From the NCBI GenBank assembly GCA_964432405.1, contig CAYSNH010000007.1:1-20143 (forward strand): a stretch of DNA of 20,143 bases, written 5' to 3'. Each line of letters opens with the position of its first letter. Within the stretch, counting starts at the first letter, position 1. The notes under the pieces are model-generated. The model was not told where the DNA came from and made no database searches. It saw only the letters and a list, made by a program, of their open reading frames with translations. Source of the DNA: an uncultured Candidatus Saccharibacteria bacterium (GTDB taxonomy: Bacteria > Patescibacteriota > Minisyncoccia > UBA6257 > UBA11618). This document shows, in pieces, positions 1 through 7,428 of the stretch. A program made the position numbers and the translations under genes.

Positions 1-28
1 AGTATAATCAAGGGGGTATATTTGTCAA
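1..28 (-). promoter_or_regulatory. Candidate sigma70-type promoter firing leftwards out of the window
   Basis: The minus strand reads TTGACA (28-23), 16 nt, TATACT (6-1), just downstream of the terminator of the 73-aa gene. The target gene lies outside the window. Confidence 0.35.
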
Positions 29-32
29 TGGT

Positions 33-90
33 AATAAAAAGACCCCGCCTCACATATTCCCAAAAAATTCTGGGTCGACGTGAGATGGGG
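33..90 (-). terminator. Rho-independent terminator of the 73-aa gene
   Basis: On the minus strand, CCCCATCTCAC (90-80) pairs with GTGAGGCGGGG (53-43): 11 positions with 1 mismatch and 1 G-U. An inner CCCA/TGGG stem is present. TCTTTTTATT (42-33) follows. The stop codon of the ORF is at 105-107. Confidence 0.6.
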
Positions 91-104
91 TAATCGCGTA
101 GCCA

Positions 105-326
105 CTAGCTCGATATATTGAGTTGTTCCAATTCTCTTCTTAAAATTTTTATACGACCTCTTAAGTCTCTCTGGCGAAGCAAGGCGTCGTGATTCTTTGG
201 GTGTCGGTAGGCTGCTAAAACATGCCCATAAACCGAGGGTTTAACTTCTATCAGCTGAATTCCTTCTAACCTTTCACTTAATCTAGATAGCTCTTGTTCT
301 ATCTCAGCTATTCGATCTTTACACAT
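105..326 (-). CDS. Hypothetical 73-aa protein, predicted coiled-coil/helical, monocistronic
   Basis: ORF from the track. It has its own promoter (367-394), an AGGA Shine-Dalgarno 6 nt before the ATG, and its own terminator (33-90). Charged heptad-like helices occur at both ends (IAEIEQELSRLSERLEG, RIKILRRELEQL). No family recognised. Confidence 0.6.
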   Translation of the reverse strand: MCKDRIAEIEQELSRLSERLEGIQLIEVKPSVYGHVLAAYRHPKNHDALLRQRDLRGRIKILRRELEQLNISS

Positions 327-366
327 CTTTTTTCCTTTTTTAAAGAATTGTTATTGTGCCGCATAA

Positions 367-394
367 ATTATATTACTATTATGCAGTTTATCAA
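367..394 (-). promoter_or_regulatory. Candidate promoter of the 73-aa gene
   Basis: The minus strand reads TTGATA (394-389), 16 nt, TATAAT (372-367). The predicted leader is about 34 nt and contains AAAAAGGAAAAAAG before the ATG at 326. Confidence 0.5.
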
Positions 395-434
395 TACTAA
401 AGTTTGAAAATCGTTCAGCTTGTGGAGTTGCTTA

Positions 435-1565
435 TTATTTAACCAAAGACAAGATATCAGCAGCAATCACGGCAGCTGCTTTTGGTTTAGCAAACTTGAG
501 AGCGGCCTGATGCATTTGGCTATTAGAGTCCTTGATCAATTTATCAATCATTCCTAAAGCCACTGCTTCTGACAGATTGTTTTCTTCTAAGACTTCAGCG
601 GCTCCGGTTTTGGAATATTCGATAGCATTCATTCGTTGGTGATTACGAGCCGACTCGGGTAATGGAATAAGGATAGCTGGCTTGCCAAAAGCTGCTAGTT
701 CAAAAATAGCTCCTGATCCAGAACGAGATATTACCAAATCACTAGCTGCTAACATTTCGCCATAGTTTTTTTCAAGAAAGGCGTAAGGGTGATAACGTTT
801 TTTTATTTTTGAATCCATTTGACGGCTAATAGCGGTAAAGGTTTTTTTCACGTTAGCCAAGTTAGCTGTTCCTACCTGATGAACTATCTGATATTTATTT
901 AATAGCTTTTCTAGATAAGCGAGTGTAAAGTTATTAACTCTAACTGATCCTAGCGATCCGCCTAATATTAAAATCAAAGGTAGTTTGGGATCTAATTTCA
1001 GTCTTTCTTTAGCTCCCACTGGATCAAGGCTGACGAAGTTAAGCAAGCTTTCTCTAATAGGATTGCCCACCACTCTCATTGTTTTTGAGGCGGGAAAGAA
1101 TTTTTTAGCTGAAGTAAAACCTAATTCTATTTGACGAGCAAACTTGCCACTAACGGTATTAGTTAAACCAGGAATGGCGTCTGAGTCGTGAATAATGATG
1201 GGGATGTTATAAAAACGACAGGCGGTTAATACTGGTAAAGCTCCTGGCCCACCCTTAGAGAAAGCTATATCAGGCATAAACCAGTATATTTTGAATAGTG
1301 ATTGGAAGATGCTGAAAATGAATTTAGGAAAATCAACAACATTTTTTAATGAAAAGTAGCGGCGTAGTTTGGAGGATGTGATAGCTCGGGCCTCAATTCC
1401 TTCTTTTGTGATGTAGGAGGTGTAGATGTCTTTAGGGCCATAATAACGAAGATCTAAATCCAAGTTACTCTTCACAGCTATTTGTTGTATTTGCCTAGCA
1501 ACAGCCACCAAGGGAAAGACGTGTCCCCCGCTGCCACTGCCGGTGATAAGGATTCTAATTTTCAT
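435..1565 (-). CDS. murG: UDP-N-acetylglucosamine--N-acetylmuramyl-(pentapeptide)-pyrophosphoryl-undecaprenol GlcNAc transferase (MurG)
   Basis: 376 aa. The N-terminal glycine loop ITGSGSGGHVFPLVAVA matches the family pattern GGTGGHxFPxLA. The C-terminal half has GGSLGS and SRSGSGAIFELAAFGKPAILIP. The gene lies directly after ftsW, as in dcw clusters. Confidence 0.93.
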   Translation of the reverse strand: MKIRILITGSGSGGHVFPLVAVARQIQQIAVKSNLDLDLRYYGPKDIYTSYITKEGIEARAITSSKLRRYFSLKNVVDFPKFIFSIFQSLFKIYWFMPDIAFSKGGPGALPVLTACRFYNIPIIIHDSDAIPGLTNTVSGKFARQIELGFTSAKKFFPASKTMRVVGNPIRESLLNFVSLDPVGAKERLKLDPKLPLILILGGSLGSVRVNNFTLAYLEKLLNKYQIVHQVGTANLANVKKTFTAISRQMDSKIKKRYHPYAFLEKNYGEMLAASDLVISRSGSGAIFELAAFGKPAILIPLPESARNHQRMNAIEYSKTGAAEVLEENNLSEAVALGMIDKLIKDSNSQMHQAALKFAKPKAAAVIAADILSLVK

Positions 1566-1567
1566 AG

Positions 1568-2689
1568 TTAATTATATTTAGACACATTATTGATAATACC
1601 AGCAATAGTCATAAAAGATACTAGAGCGGTCCCTCCATAACTAATGAAGGGTAAAGGAGCACCAGTTAATGGAATGACTCCAGAAACCGCTGCTATATTA
1701 ACAAATGTTTGCAGGGCTATTAATGAGCCAAAACCTACTAACAACAGATGGCCGAATCTATCCCTGGCTCGAGCTGCGACTTGGAAGGTTCGAATAATTA
1801 ATAATAGAAAAACTCCCAGGAGCACTCCTGTTCCCACAAAGCCCATCTCCTCAGCAATCACAGCAAATATAGAGTCGCCGATAGGTTCGGGTAGATAATT
1901 ACTTTTGGTAGTTGATTGACCGTAACCAACACCCCAAAGACCACCGCTACCGATAGCAATTAAAGTTTGATTGATATGATAACCAGATGAAAGTTGATTA
2001 GCTTCTGGATTTAAAAACGATTGAACTCTTTCCCAACGATAAGGTGATAAATAGATAACTGAGCCAAAACCAATCGTTCCAATTAAAATAATAGCTAGAA
2101 TGTGCGAAATCTTGGTGCCGCTGGCGAAATAAACAATGAGGGAGATGGCTAATAAGATGGCAGCGGAAGAGGTGCTAGGTTGTTTGAGAAGGAGGAAGGT
2201 CGTGAGGCCAACCACTATCAAAAAAGGAACTAATCCTTTGAGGGCTTTTTTAGTGCGCTCCTTTTTCCTCAGCCAGGCGGCCAGATAGATAATCATGGCA
2301 ATATTCATAAACTCGGCTGGTTGAAAGGATATGGGCCCTAGTTGAATCCAGCGTTCTGCGCCACCGGTTTGGAGACCAAAGGGGGTGAAGACCATTAGGA
2401 GGAGCCCTAACCCTACCAGAATCAATATAACGGCTATTTTTTCATAAAAACGATAATATATCTTAGAGCCCAGAAAGAAGCCAATCAGGCCGAAGGAGAA
2501 GCCAAACATTAATTGGTGTTTGAGGTAGTGGTAAGTGTCATCAAAACGGATTTTACCAATATTAGAAGAGGCGCTGGCAAGCATAACTAGGCCGGCTACC
2601 ACCAAGAAAAAGGTGCAAAAAATAATAATTAAATCAGACTTCTTCCTCCTCCTCCTTCTAACAATTCCACTACTTTTTTTCTTAAACAT
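1568..2689 (-). CDS. ftsW: SEDS-family peptidoglycan glycosyltransferase, FtsW-type
   Basis: 373-aa polytopic membrane protein. SEDS signatures are GSGGLWGVGYGQS, LPEPIGDSIFAVIAEEMGF and PLPFISYGGTA. Its position immediately upstream of murG favours FtsW over RodA. Confidence 0.88.
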   Translation of the reverse strand: MFKKKSSGIVRRRRRKKSDLIIIFCTFFLVVAGLVMLASASSNIGKIRFDDTYHYLKHQLMFGFSFGLIGFFLGSKIYYRFYEKIAVILILVGLGLLLMVFTPFGLQTGGAERWIQLGPISFQPAEFMNIAMIIYLAAWLRKKERTKKALKGLVPFLIVVGLTTFLLLKQPSTSSAAILLAISLIVYFASGTKISHILAIILIGTIGFGSVIYLSPYRWERVQSFLNPEANQLSSGYHINQTLIAIGSGGLWGVGYGQSTTKSNYLPEPIGDSIFAVIAEEMGFVGTGVLLGVFLLLIIRTFQVAARARDRFGHLLLVGFGSLIALQTFVNIAAVSGVIPLTGAPLPFISYGGTALVSFMTIAGIINNVSKYN

Positions 2690-2692
2690 TGG

Positions 2693-4132
2693 TTAACCAC
2701 GGGTGATAATGGTGCCAGCGGTAGTTTTGTTACACTCCCCTTTATTAACCGCCACTTGACCATTAACAACAACATATTTGACTTTATTATTAAGCATGAG
2801 TGTGAGGTCGGCAAAGTAGCCTTCCATGATGCGACCTCTTTCTGGAATATTAAATTTCTCGGCTGGTATGGAGGTTATTTTTTGAATAGCTTTTTCTAAC
2901 GGATAGCTCTCTCTTTGTTCGGCAAGTTCGATGAATGTGGGGAAGGTTTTGGTGGAGCGCTCCCCTAGTCCGCCGCTATTAGAGCCAACGAGGGCTTTGT
3001 TAGCAAAAAGAAGTTCAATAGTTTTATTGTGGTTAATATTCTTATGAAAAATCTGGGCTTTAAGATTGGAGTTGAGCATCGCTTTAAGGAGGTCTCTTTT
3101 TCCAAGATGCTTACCAACCATATGATCATTGCCGGGCGCACTAGCTATTATTAATTCTCCTTTTTTGAAGGTGGGTAGTTCTTTTAATACGCGAGCTCTT
3201 GTAGCGGAGGTTTGGAGGCTGGAGAGCATGTCGTGCAAGCTTCCTTTTTGAGCCCAGAGAGGAAGGAGGGTGTAGATGGGAATAATACTGGTATCAAATG
3301 GGTAGAGGTTGTAATAGAAGTCCATCTTGCCAACAGTCTTGTCGACTAGATTAAAAGCGGCATCAAAGTTTTTTTCATATTTAATTAACGGCCTGAAGTG
3401 AGAGATAACGGTGCGAACACCTGTTTCCTGAAAAAGATTAATAGTCTCATTAACGGCGGCAAAAAGATCTTCTTTTTCATCTCTAAGATGAGTAGAATAA
3501 ACTGCTTTGTATGGAAGAAGTATAGAAACCAATTTTTTTATCTCATGATAAGGGGTTTGTCGAGAGTGTACGTAGCTGAGGCCTGTTGATAAACCTAGAG
3601 CCCCTTCTTCTAAAGATTCTTTGATAATTTCACCAAAGACCTTTATCTCTTGTTCGGTCAGATCTCTTAAGTCTTCGCCAATGATAGCTCGGCGGATGGT
3701 AGAGTGACCGACTAAAGTACCAAAGTTAACACCAAGAGGGTGTTTTTTCATGGCGGTAATGAATTCTTTAAAATCATGCCAATCAACATTGATCTGGCTA
3801 GGATCGGTCCACTTTCTAATCGACTCAAGGGAGCCGTATAATAGTGGGGCTAAGGAGGAGCCGCAGTGACCACCAATGATAGTGGTGACACCTTGTTTAA
3901 GGAAGTCTTCTTGATGAGGATTGGTAAAGAGAGTTAGTTGATGATCAGCGTCAGTATTAACATCGATAAAGCCGGGCATGAGATAGCCACCTAGCCCCTC
4001 AATAACTTGATCAGCCTTCCGATTAGGAAAGTTGCCAATCGCTGAGATCCGGTTACCACTAACTAAAACATCACTGGCATAAGCTTCGGCGCCAGTGCCA
4101 TCGATAACCTTTACATTCTTTATCAAAAGCAT
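2693..4132 (-). CDS. Amidohydrolase-superfamily protein, N-acyl-D-amino-acid deacylase (D-aminoacylase) family, with a non-canonical metal site
   Basis: 479 aa. Full-length by-eye resemblance to D-aminoacylases: LIKNVKVIDGTG, PGFID, QGVTTIIGGHCGSSLAPL, LVGHSTIRRA, GLSTG, VYSTHLRDE, VISHF, YFADLTL. The HxH signature is replaced by VNTDADH and GSDG by GSNSGG (see findings). Confidence 0.8.
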   Translation of the reverse strand: MLLIKNVKVIDGTGAEAYASDVLVSGNRISAIGNFPNRKADQVIEGLGGYLMPGFIDVNTDADHQLTLFTNPHQEDFLKQGVTTIIGGHCGSSLAPLLYGSLESIRKWTDPSQINVDWHDFKEFITAMKKHPLGVNFGTLVGHSTIRRAIIGEDLRDLTEQEIKVFGEIIKESLEEGALGLSTGLSYVHSRQTPYHEIKKLVSILLPYKAVYSTHLRDEKEDLFAAVNETINLFQETGVRTVISHFRPLIKYEKNFDAAFNLVDKTVGKMDFYYNLYPFDTSIIPIYTLLPLWAQKGSLHDMLSSLQTSATRARVLKELPTFKKGELIIASAPGNDHMVGKHLGKRDLLKAMLNSNLKAQIFHKNINHNKTIELLFANKALVGSNSGGLGERSTKTFPTFIELAEQRESYPLEKAIQKITSIPAEKFNIPERGRIMEGYFADLTLMLNNKVKYVVVNGQVAVNKGECNKTTAGTIITRG

Positions 4133-4138
4133 AGGTGT

Positions 4139-4165
4139 ATTTTATCACAAATAACATTAAATCAA
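4139..4165 (-). promoter_or_regulatory. Candidate extended -10 promoter for amidohydrolase-ftsW-murG, with leaderless geometry
   Basis: The minus strand reads TTGATT (4165-4160), 15 nt (12 nt then TGA), TAAAAT. The extended -10 occupies TG 4147-4146 and the hexamer 4144-4139. Six nt (ACACCT) follow, then the ATG at 4132. No Shine-Dalgarno. Confidence 0.45.
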
Positions 4166-4226
4166 CTAAGATTTGGCAAAAGTTTATTACGAAAAATTTT
4201 TTAGTAAGACCTGTGGATAACTTTTA

Positions 4227-4255
4227 TTGATAATCGGCTTATTAATATTTATATT
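4227..4255 (+). promoter_or_regulatory. Candidate promoter of the intergenic sRNA
   Basis: The plus strand reads TTGATA (4227-4232), 17 nt, TATATT (4250-4255). The predicted start is near 4262, where the first hairpin begins. Confidence 0.45.
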
Positions 4256-4261
4256 TAAAGT

Positions 4262-4353
4262 TAGCTGAAACGAGGATTCGTTCTTATTTCAGTTAGAATT
4301 TCCAGCTTCGGTTGGGAGTTTGGCAATATCCACCTTCGGGTGGATTTTGTTTT
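4262..4353 (+). ncRNA. Candidate ~90-nt structured small RNA of unknown family, antisense to the dcw transcription direction
   Basis: Three consecutive plus-strand hairpins. Hairpin 1 is 4262-4295, with an inner ACGA/TCGT stem. Hairpin 2 is 4296-4321: 11 bp including 4 G-U pairs, loop C(UUCG)G. Hairpin 3 is 4328-4345: 7 bp, loop C(UUCG)G, followed by TTTGTTTT. No ATG lies in the interval. Confidence 0.45.
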
Positions 4354-5404
4354 ACCCAAGAAAGTGATTAAGGAAGAATAATACTAAACCAAGAGAGGTG
4401 AAGATGGCAGAGAGAATCCAAAAACGCATAACGATCTGACTCTCCTTCCAGCCGATAGCTTCAAAATGATGATGGATGGGGGTGGAGATAAATACTTTTC
4501 TTTTAAATATCTTTTTACTAGTCATTTGAATAATAACGGATAGAGATTCTATCACTGGAATAAATAAGAAGAATGGAAGCCAGAGAGCGGTATTGGTTAG
4601 TAGTGCTACCGTGCCCAGGGTGATTCCTAGGGCCATTGAACCAGTATCACCCATAAAGAACTTAGCGGGGTGAACATTAAACCAGAGGAAGGCTAATAGA
4701 GCACCAATAGTAGCGCCACTAAAAGCGGCTAAGTGATAGCGTTCTAATACAAAGGCCACTACGGTTAGAGCGGTGAAAGCGAGAAGAGAGACTCCTCCAG
4801 CTAGACCATCTAAGCCGTCGGTTTCATTAAGAGAAAAAGCGCTGGCGGTGATAATAAACATGAAGAAAGGAATGTACCACAAGCCAATAACAACGTTGCC
4901 TAATAAGGGAACGTTGATGGTGTTCCAATCTAATCGGAAATAGAACCAGAGAGCTCCTAATAAGGAGAGGACGAGATAAAGAAGAACTTTATTTCTAACA
5001 GCCAAACCACCACCTTTAGGACCGATTTTCATAATGCCCAATACGTCATCAAATAAGCCAAGGCCGGCTGCGATAAGCATGGCGGCTAGCGGTAGATAGG
5101 TTTGAGCGCGGTTAATAAAATCAAGGTAGCTGAAAATATGGTTGAAGACGAGACTAAATAAGAAAAAGATAAGAGCGAGGCCAATGACTGTGGCCCAGAT
5201 GATGATTCCGCCTCCGGTAGGAGTGCCGGCTTTTTTCTGATGCAATTGAGAGTATATAGGAGCATCAGTACTCGCTCTTATTTGCTTGTTGAATTTGTAT
5301 TTTTCAAGAAACTTAAAAACCAACGGCGTGAGGCCGAGGGCGGTTAAGAAGGAAATAACGGAGATTCCTAATACTCTTATGAGTTGTAAAATTTGGAAAT
5401 CCAT
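4352..5404 (-). CDS. mraY: Phospho-N-acetylmuramoyl-pentapeptide transferase (MraY)
   Basis: 350-aa polytopic membrane protein carrying MraY signatures GTPTGGG, FDDVLGI, NETDGLDGLAGG, GDTGSMALG and PIHHHFE. Confidence 0.95.
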   Translation of the reverse strand: MDFQILQLIRVLGISVISFLTALGLTPLVFKFLEKYKFNKQIRASTDAPIYSQLHQKKAGTPTGGGIIIWATVIGLALIFFLFSLVFNHIFSYLDFINRAQTYLPLAAMLIAAGLGLFDDVLGIMKIGPKGGGLAVRNKVLLYLVLSLLGALWFYFRLDWNTINVPLLGNVVIGLWYIPFFMFIITASAFSLNETDGLDGLAGGVSLLAFTALTVVAFVLERYHLAAFSGATIGALLAFLWFNVHPAKFFMGDTGSMALGITLGTVALLTNTALWLPFFLFIPVIESLSVIIQMTSKKIFKRKVFISTPIHHHFEAIGWKESQIVMRFWILSAIFTSLGLVLFFLNHFLG

Positions 5405-6204
5405 TGACGGAGAATGTTTGTCTGATTAAAGCGCTCGTGACGATCGGCCGTACCTAGAACAATAATCATTACTGGATGACCATTGAATTCGAATAAGGTA
5501 ATTAAATTACCATGAGCTTCATCAGTATAGCCGGTCTTACCCCCTAAAAAATCGGTCTGACCAGCAAATTTATTGATATTTTTTCGTTTATTGTTATTAA
5601 CTACAATCTCTGATTCGCGGCTAAATTGAAAGATTTGAGGGTGTTTTTTAGTGATATAAACTACCAGTTTTTCTAAATCTTCAACGGTTGACTGATTTAA
5701 GAATGATAAACCAGATTCGTCAAATATACTAGTGTTTTCCATCCCCAATTGCTTTGTTTTCTCCTGCATAGCGGTTAGAAATTCTTGACGGCCATAGGCC
5801 TCAGATAGTTGTTCAGCAGCCCGATTATCAGAATAAATCATCATTCTTTTAATAAGGTCGTTGATTTTTTTTGAGGAATTCATTTTTTCTAAAGCTATCA
5901 CAGAGGTTAGTAACTTCGTTAAAGAAGCCATGGGCCATTGTTGGTGAGTTTTTAGTCGGAGGTAGTAGGTGTTGGATTCTAGATCTTTGATAAGAGCGGA
6001 TTCAAGGTTGAGGTTCTGAGGTGGGTCGGGGTTGAATTTGATGACAGTGGGTTTTTTGATAAAGGAGGCGTTGGCACTCAAACTACTCTCTTCAATAACT
6101 TGATTAGAGACTGTTCTTGGTTCTGGAGGCTCTATCGTATTATTAATCAATAATGCGGCAGCTCCAGCGAATAATAAGATTAATGTTTTATGATAGCGTT
6201 TCAT
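5377..6204 (-). CDS. D-alanyl-D-alanine carboxypeptidase (peptidase S11, low-molecular-weight PBP), catalytic domain only
   Basis: 275 aa with an N-terminal hydrophobic anchor/signal (LILLFAGAAALL). The three active-site motifs are SLTK (SxxK), YSDN (SxN) and KTGYT (KTG). There is no PBP5-type C-terminal domain. It overlaps mraY by 28 nt and scpB by 17 nt. Confidence 0.85.
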   Translation of the reverse strand: MKRYHKTLILLFAGAAALLINNTIEPPEPRTVSNQVIEESSLSANASFIKKPTVIKFNPDPPQNLNLESALIKDLESNTYYLRLKTHQQWPMASLTKLLTSVIALEKMNSSKKINDLIKRMMIYSDNRAAEQLSEAYGRQEFLTAMQEKTKQLGMENTSIFDESGLSFLNQSTVEDLEKLVVYITKKHPQIFQFSRESEIVVNNNKRKNINKFAGQTDFLGGKTGYTDEAHGNLITLFEFNGHPVMIIVLGTADRHERFNQTNILRQWISKFYNS

Positions 6205-6712
6205 TGGTGCGTAACTTTTGTTTTATCATCTGATATTTTTCATATTCTGGAAGTTGATTTACATTGCTAAGACCAAGGTGCTTTAACAAATCAAAGCTAA
6301 CCTGATACTGATTATCTTGTTTATTAACTAATCCTCTAACTAGAAGACTGCGTAATATAAAAGTGCAGTTAACGCCGCGGATATATTCTAGCTCTTCGCG
6401 ACTAATCGGACCGCTGTAGGCGATGATAGAGATGGCTTCTAAGGCGGCTGGCGTAAGATCGTTTTGAAGATCTTGCTTGATTAGTTGTTTAGCTAGATCT
6501 GATAAGTCAGGCTTGGTTATTAGTTGTAAGGATTTATTGTTATTTAAAAGACACAGGCCACGATTATCCTGGTTTAGCAGTTGATCAAGTTGTTGAATAA
6601 TTTGATCAAGCTCCCCTTCCTTTACCTTTAATATTTGAGAAGCTTTTTTAATAGAGATTGGTTCTCCGTGAAGAAAGAGTAAGGCTTCTAGTTTAGCAAT
6701 TAGATTGTTCAT
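6188..6712 (-). CDS. scpB: Segregation and condensation protein B (ScpB)
   Basis: 174 aa. The N-terminus LEALLFLHGEPISIKKASQIL and the second winged-helix region (ALEAISIIAYSGPISREELEYIRGV) are typical of ScpB. It overlaps scpA by 4 nt. Confidence 0.9.
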   Translation of the reverse strand: MNNLIAKLEALLFLHGEPISIKKASQILKVKEGELDQIIQQLDQLLNQDNRGLCLLNNNKSLQLITKPDLSDLAKQLIKQDLQNDLTPAALEAISIIAYSGPISREELEYIRGVNCTFILRSLLVRGLVNKQDNQYQVSFDLLKHLGLSNVNQLPEYEKYQMIKQKLRTNETLS

Positions 6713-7389
6713 ATTTTGTTAATAGTTATCTCTTCAAATAATTGAGGCTGCTTGATATCAATCTGTTGATCTTTAAGGAGATGAAGAATAGCTAGGAATG
6801 TAGCTACCACCTCCCCTTTTTGAGATTGATTAACTAGCTGACTAAACTTGTGCTGATTGGTTTTTTGAAAGCGTTTAATCACCTCTTCAATTTTATCTTT
6901 AAGAGAGACTACTTTTATTTTAATCTTTTCTTTGTCAGGAAAAAGTTTTTGAACTTCTAGAGTTAGGTTTTTGATACTTTCTAAAAGTTGAGCGGTGGTT
7001 AGTTTTTCAGGCGTATGAAAAACTTGACGCTGTTCTAGAGAGCAAGCAAGAAGATAAGAGCGGGAACCAGAGAGATCTTTATTCTGCCAAAGTTTTTCAA
7101 TGTGCTTGTCAGCTCCCCTATATTGTTGATAGAGTTGGAGACGAGTTTCCAATTCTTTGATATCCTCTTCTTCATCTTCAGTGAGTGTGAGAGAGGGTAA
7201 TAAGGATTTGGACTTGATGAGCATCAGTTTAGCGGCGATAGAGATAAAGTCAGCTAGAACTTGAGGATCGGTTCCTTTTTCTAAATTTCGAACGTGGTTG
7301 ATAAAGTCGTTAGTGATCTTAGCTAAATTAACATTAGCTATGTCCAACTCTTTAGCTTCTACCAGCTCCAAAATTTTTTTATAAGGCAT
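6709..7389 (-). CDS. scpA: Segregation and condensation protein A (ScpA, kleisin)
   Basis: 226 aa. ILELVEAKELDIANVNLAKITNDFINHV matches the ScpA N-terminal motif. The C-terminal winged helix is VVATFLAILHLLKDQ. It is paired with scpB. The N-terminus looks about 15 aa shorter than usual. Confidence 0.85.
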   Translation of the reverse strand: MPYKKILELVEAKELDIANVNLAKITNDFINHVRNLEKGTDPQVLADFISIAAKLMLIKSKSLLPSLTLTEDEEEDIKELETRLQLYQQYRGADKHIEKLWQNKDLSGSRSYLLACSLEQRQVFHTPEKLTTAQLLESIKNLTLEVQKLFPDKEKIKIKVVSLKDKIEEVIKRFQKTNQHKFSQLVNQSQKGEVVATFLAILHLLKDQQIDIKQPQLFEEITINKI

Positions 7390-7413
7390 TCTTTTTCCAA
7401 AATAATTAATTTA

Positions 7414-7421
7414 TGTAATAT
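7414..7421 (+). promoter_or_regulatory. Candidate -10 element for dnaX, with leaderless geometry
   Basis: TG (7414-7415) is followed by TAATAT (7416-7421), then 7 nt (TAATTTT), then the ATG at 7429. No Shine-Dalgarno. The whole scpA-dnaX divergent spacer is only 39 nt. Confidence 0.35.
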
Positions 7422-7428
7422 TAATTTT

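Noticed and set aside
363-386. GCATAA...TTATGC hairpin between murG and the 73-aa gene as a murG terminator.
   Set aside because: The 6-bp stem is AT-rich, the loop is 12 nt, and no T-tract follows. The hairpin also overlaps the -10 of the 73-aa gene promoter. It is likely incidental.
1644-1898. 84-aa plus-strand ORF inside ftsW. The same applies to 2629-2814 (-) and 3398-3589 (+).
   Set aside because: These ORFs lie wholly antisense to, or out of frame within, confidently identified genes (ftsW, amidohydrolase). Their composition is low-complexity, and they have no start-site signals. They are shadow ORFs.
4296-4345. The UUCG hairpins acting as the minus-strand terminator of mraY.
   Set aside because: On the minus strand the four G-U pairs of the middle helix become C-A mismatches, and no T-tract follows the hairpins. 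The T-tract and the better pairing are on the plus strand.
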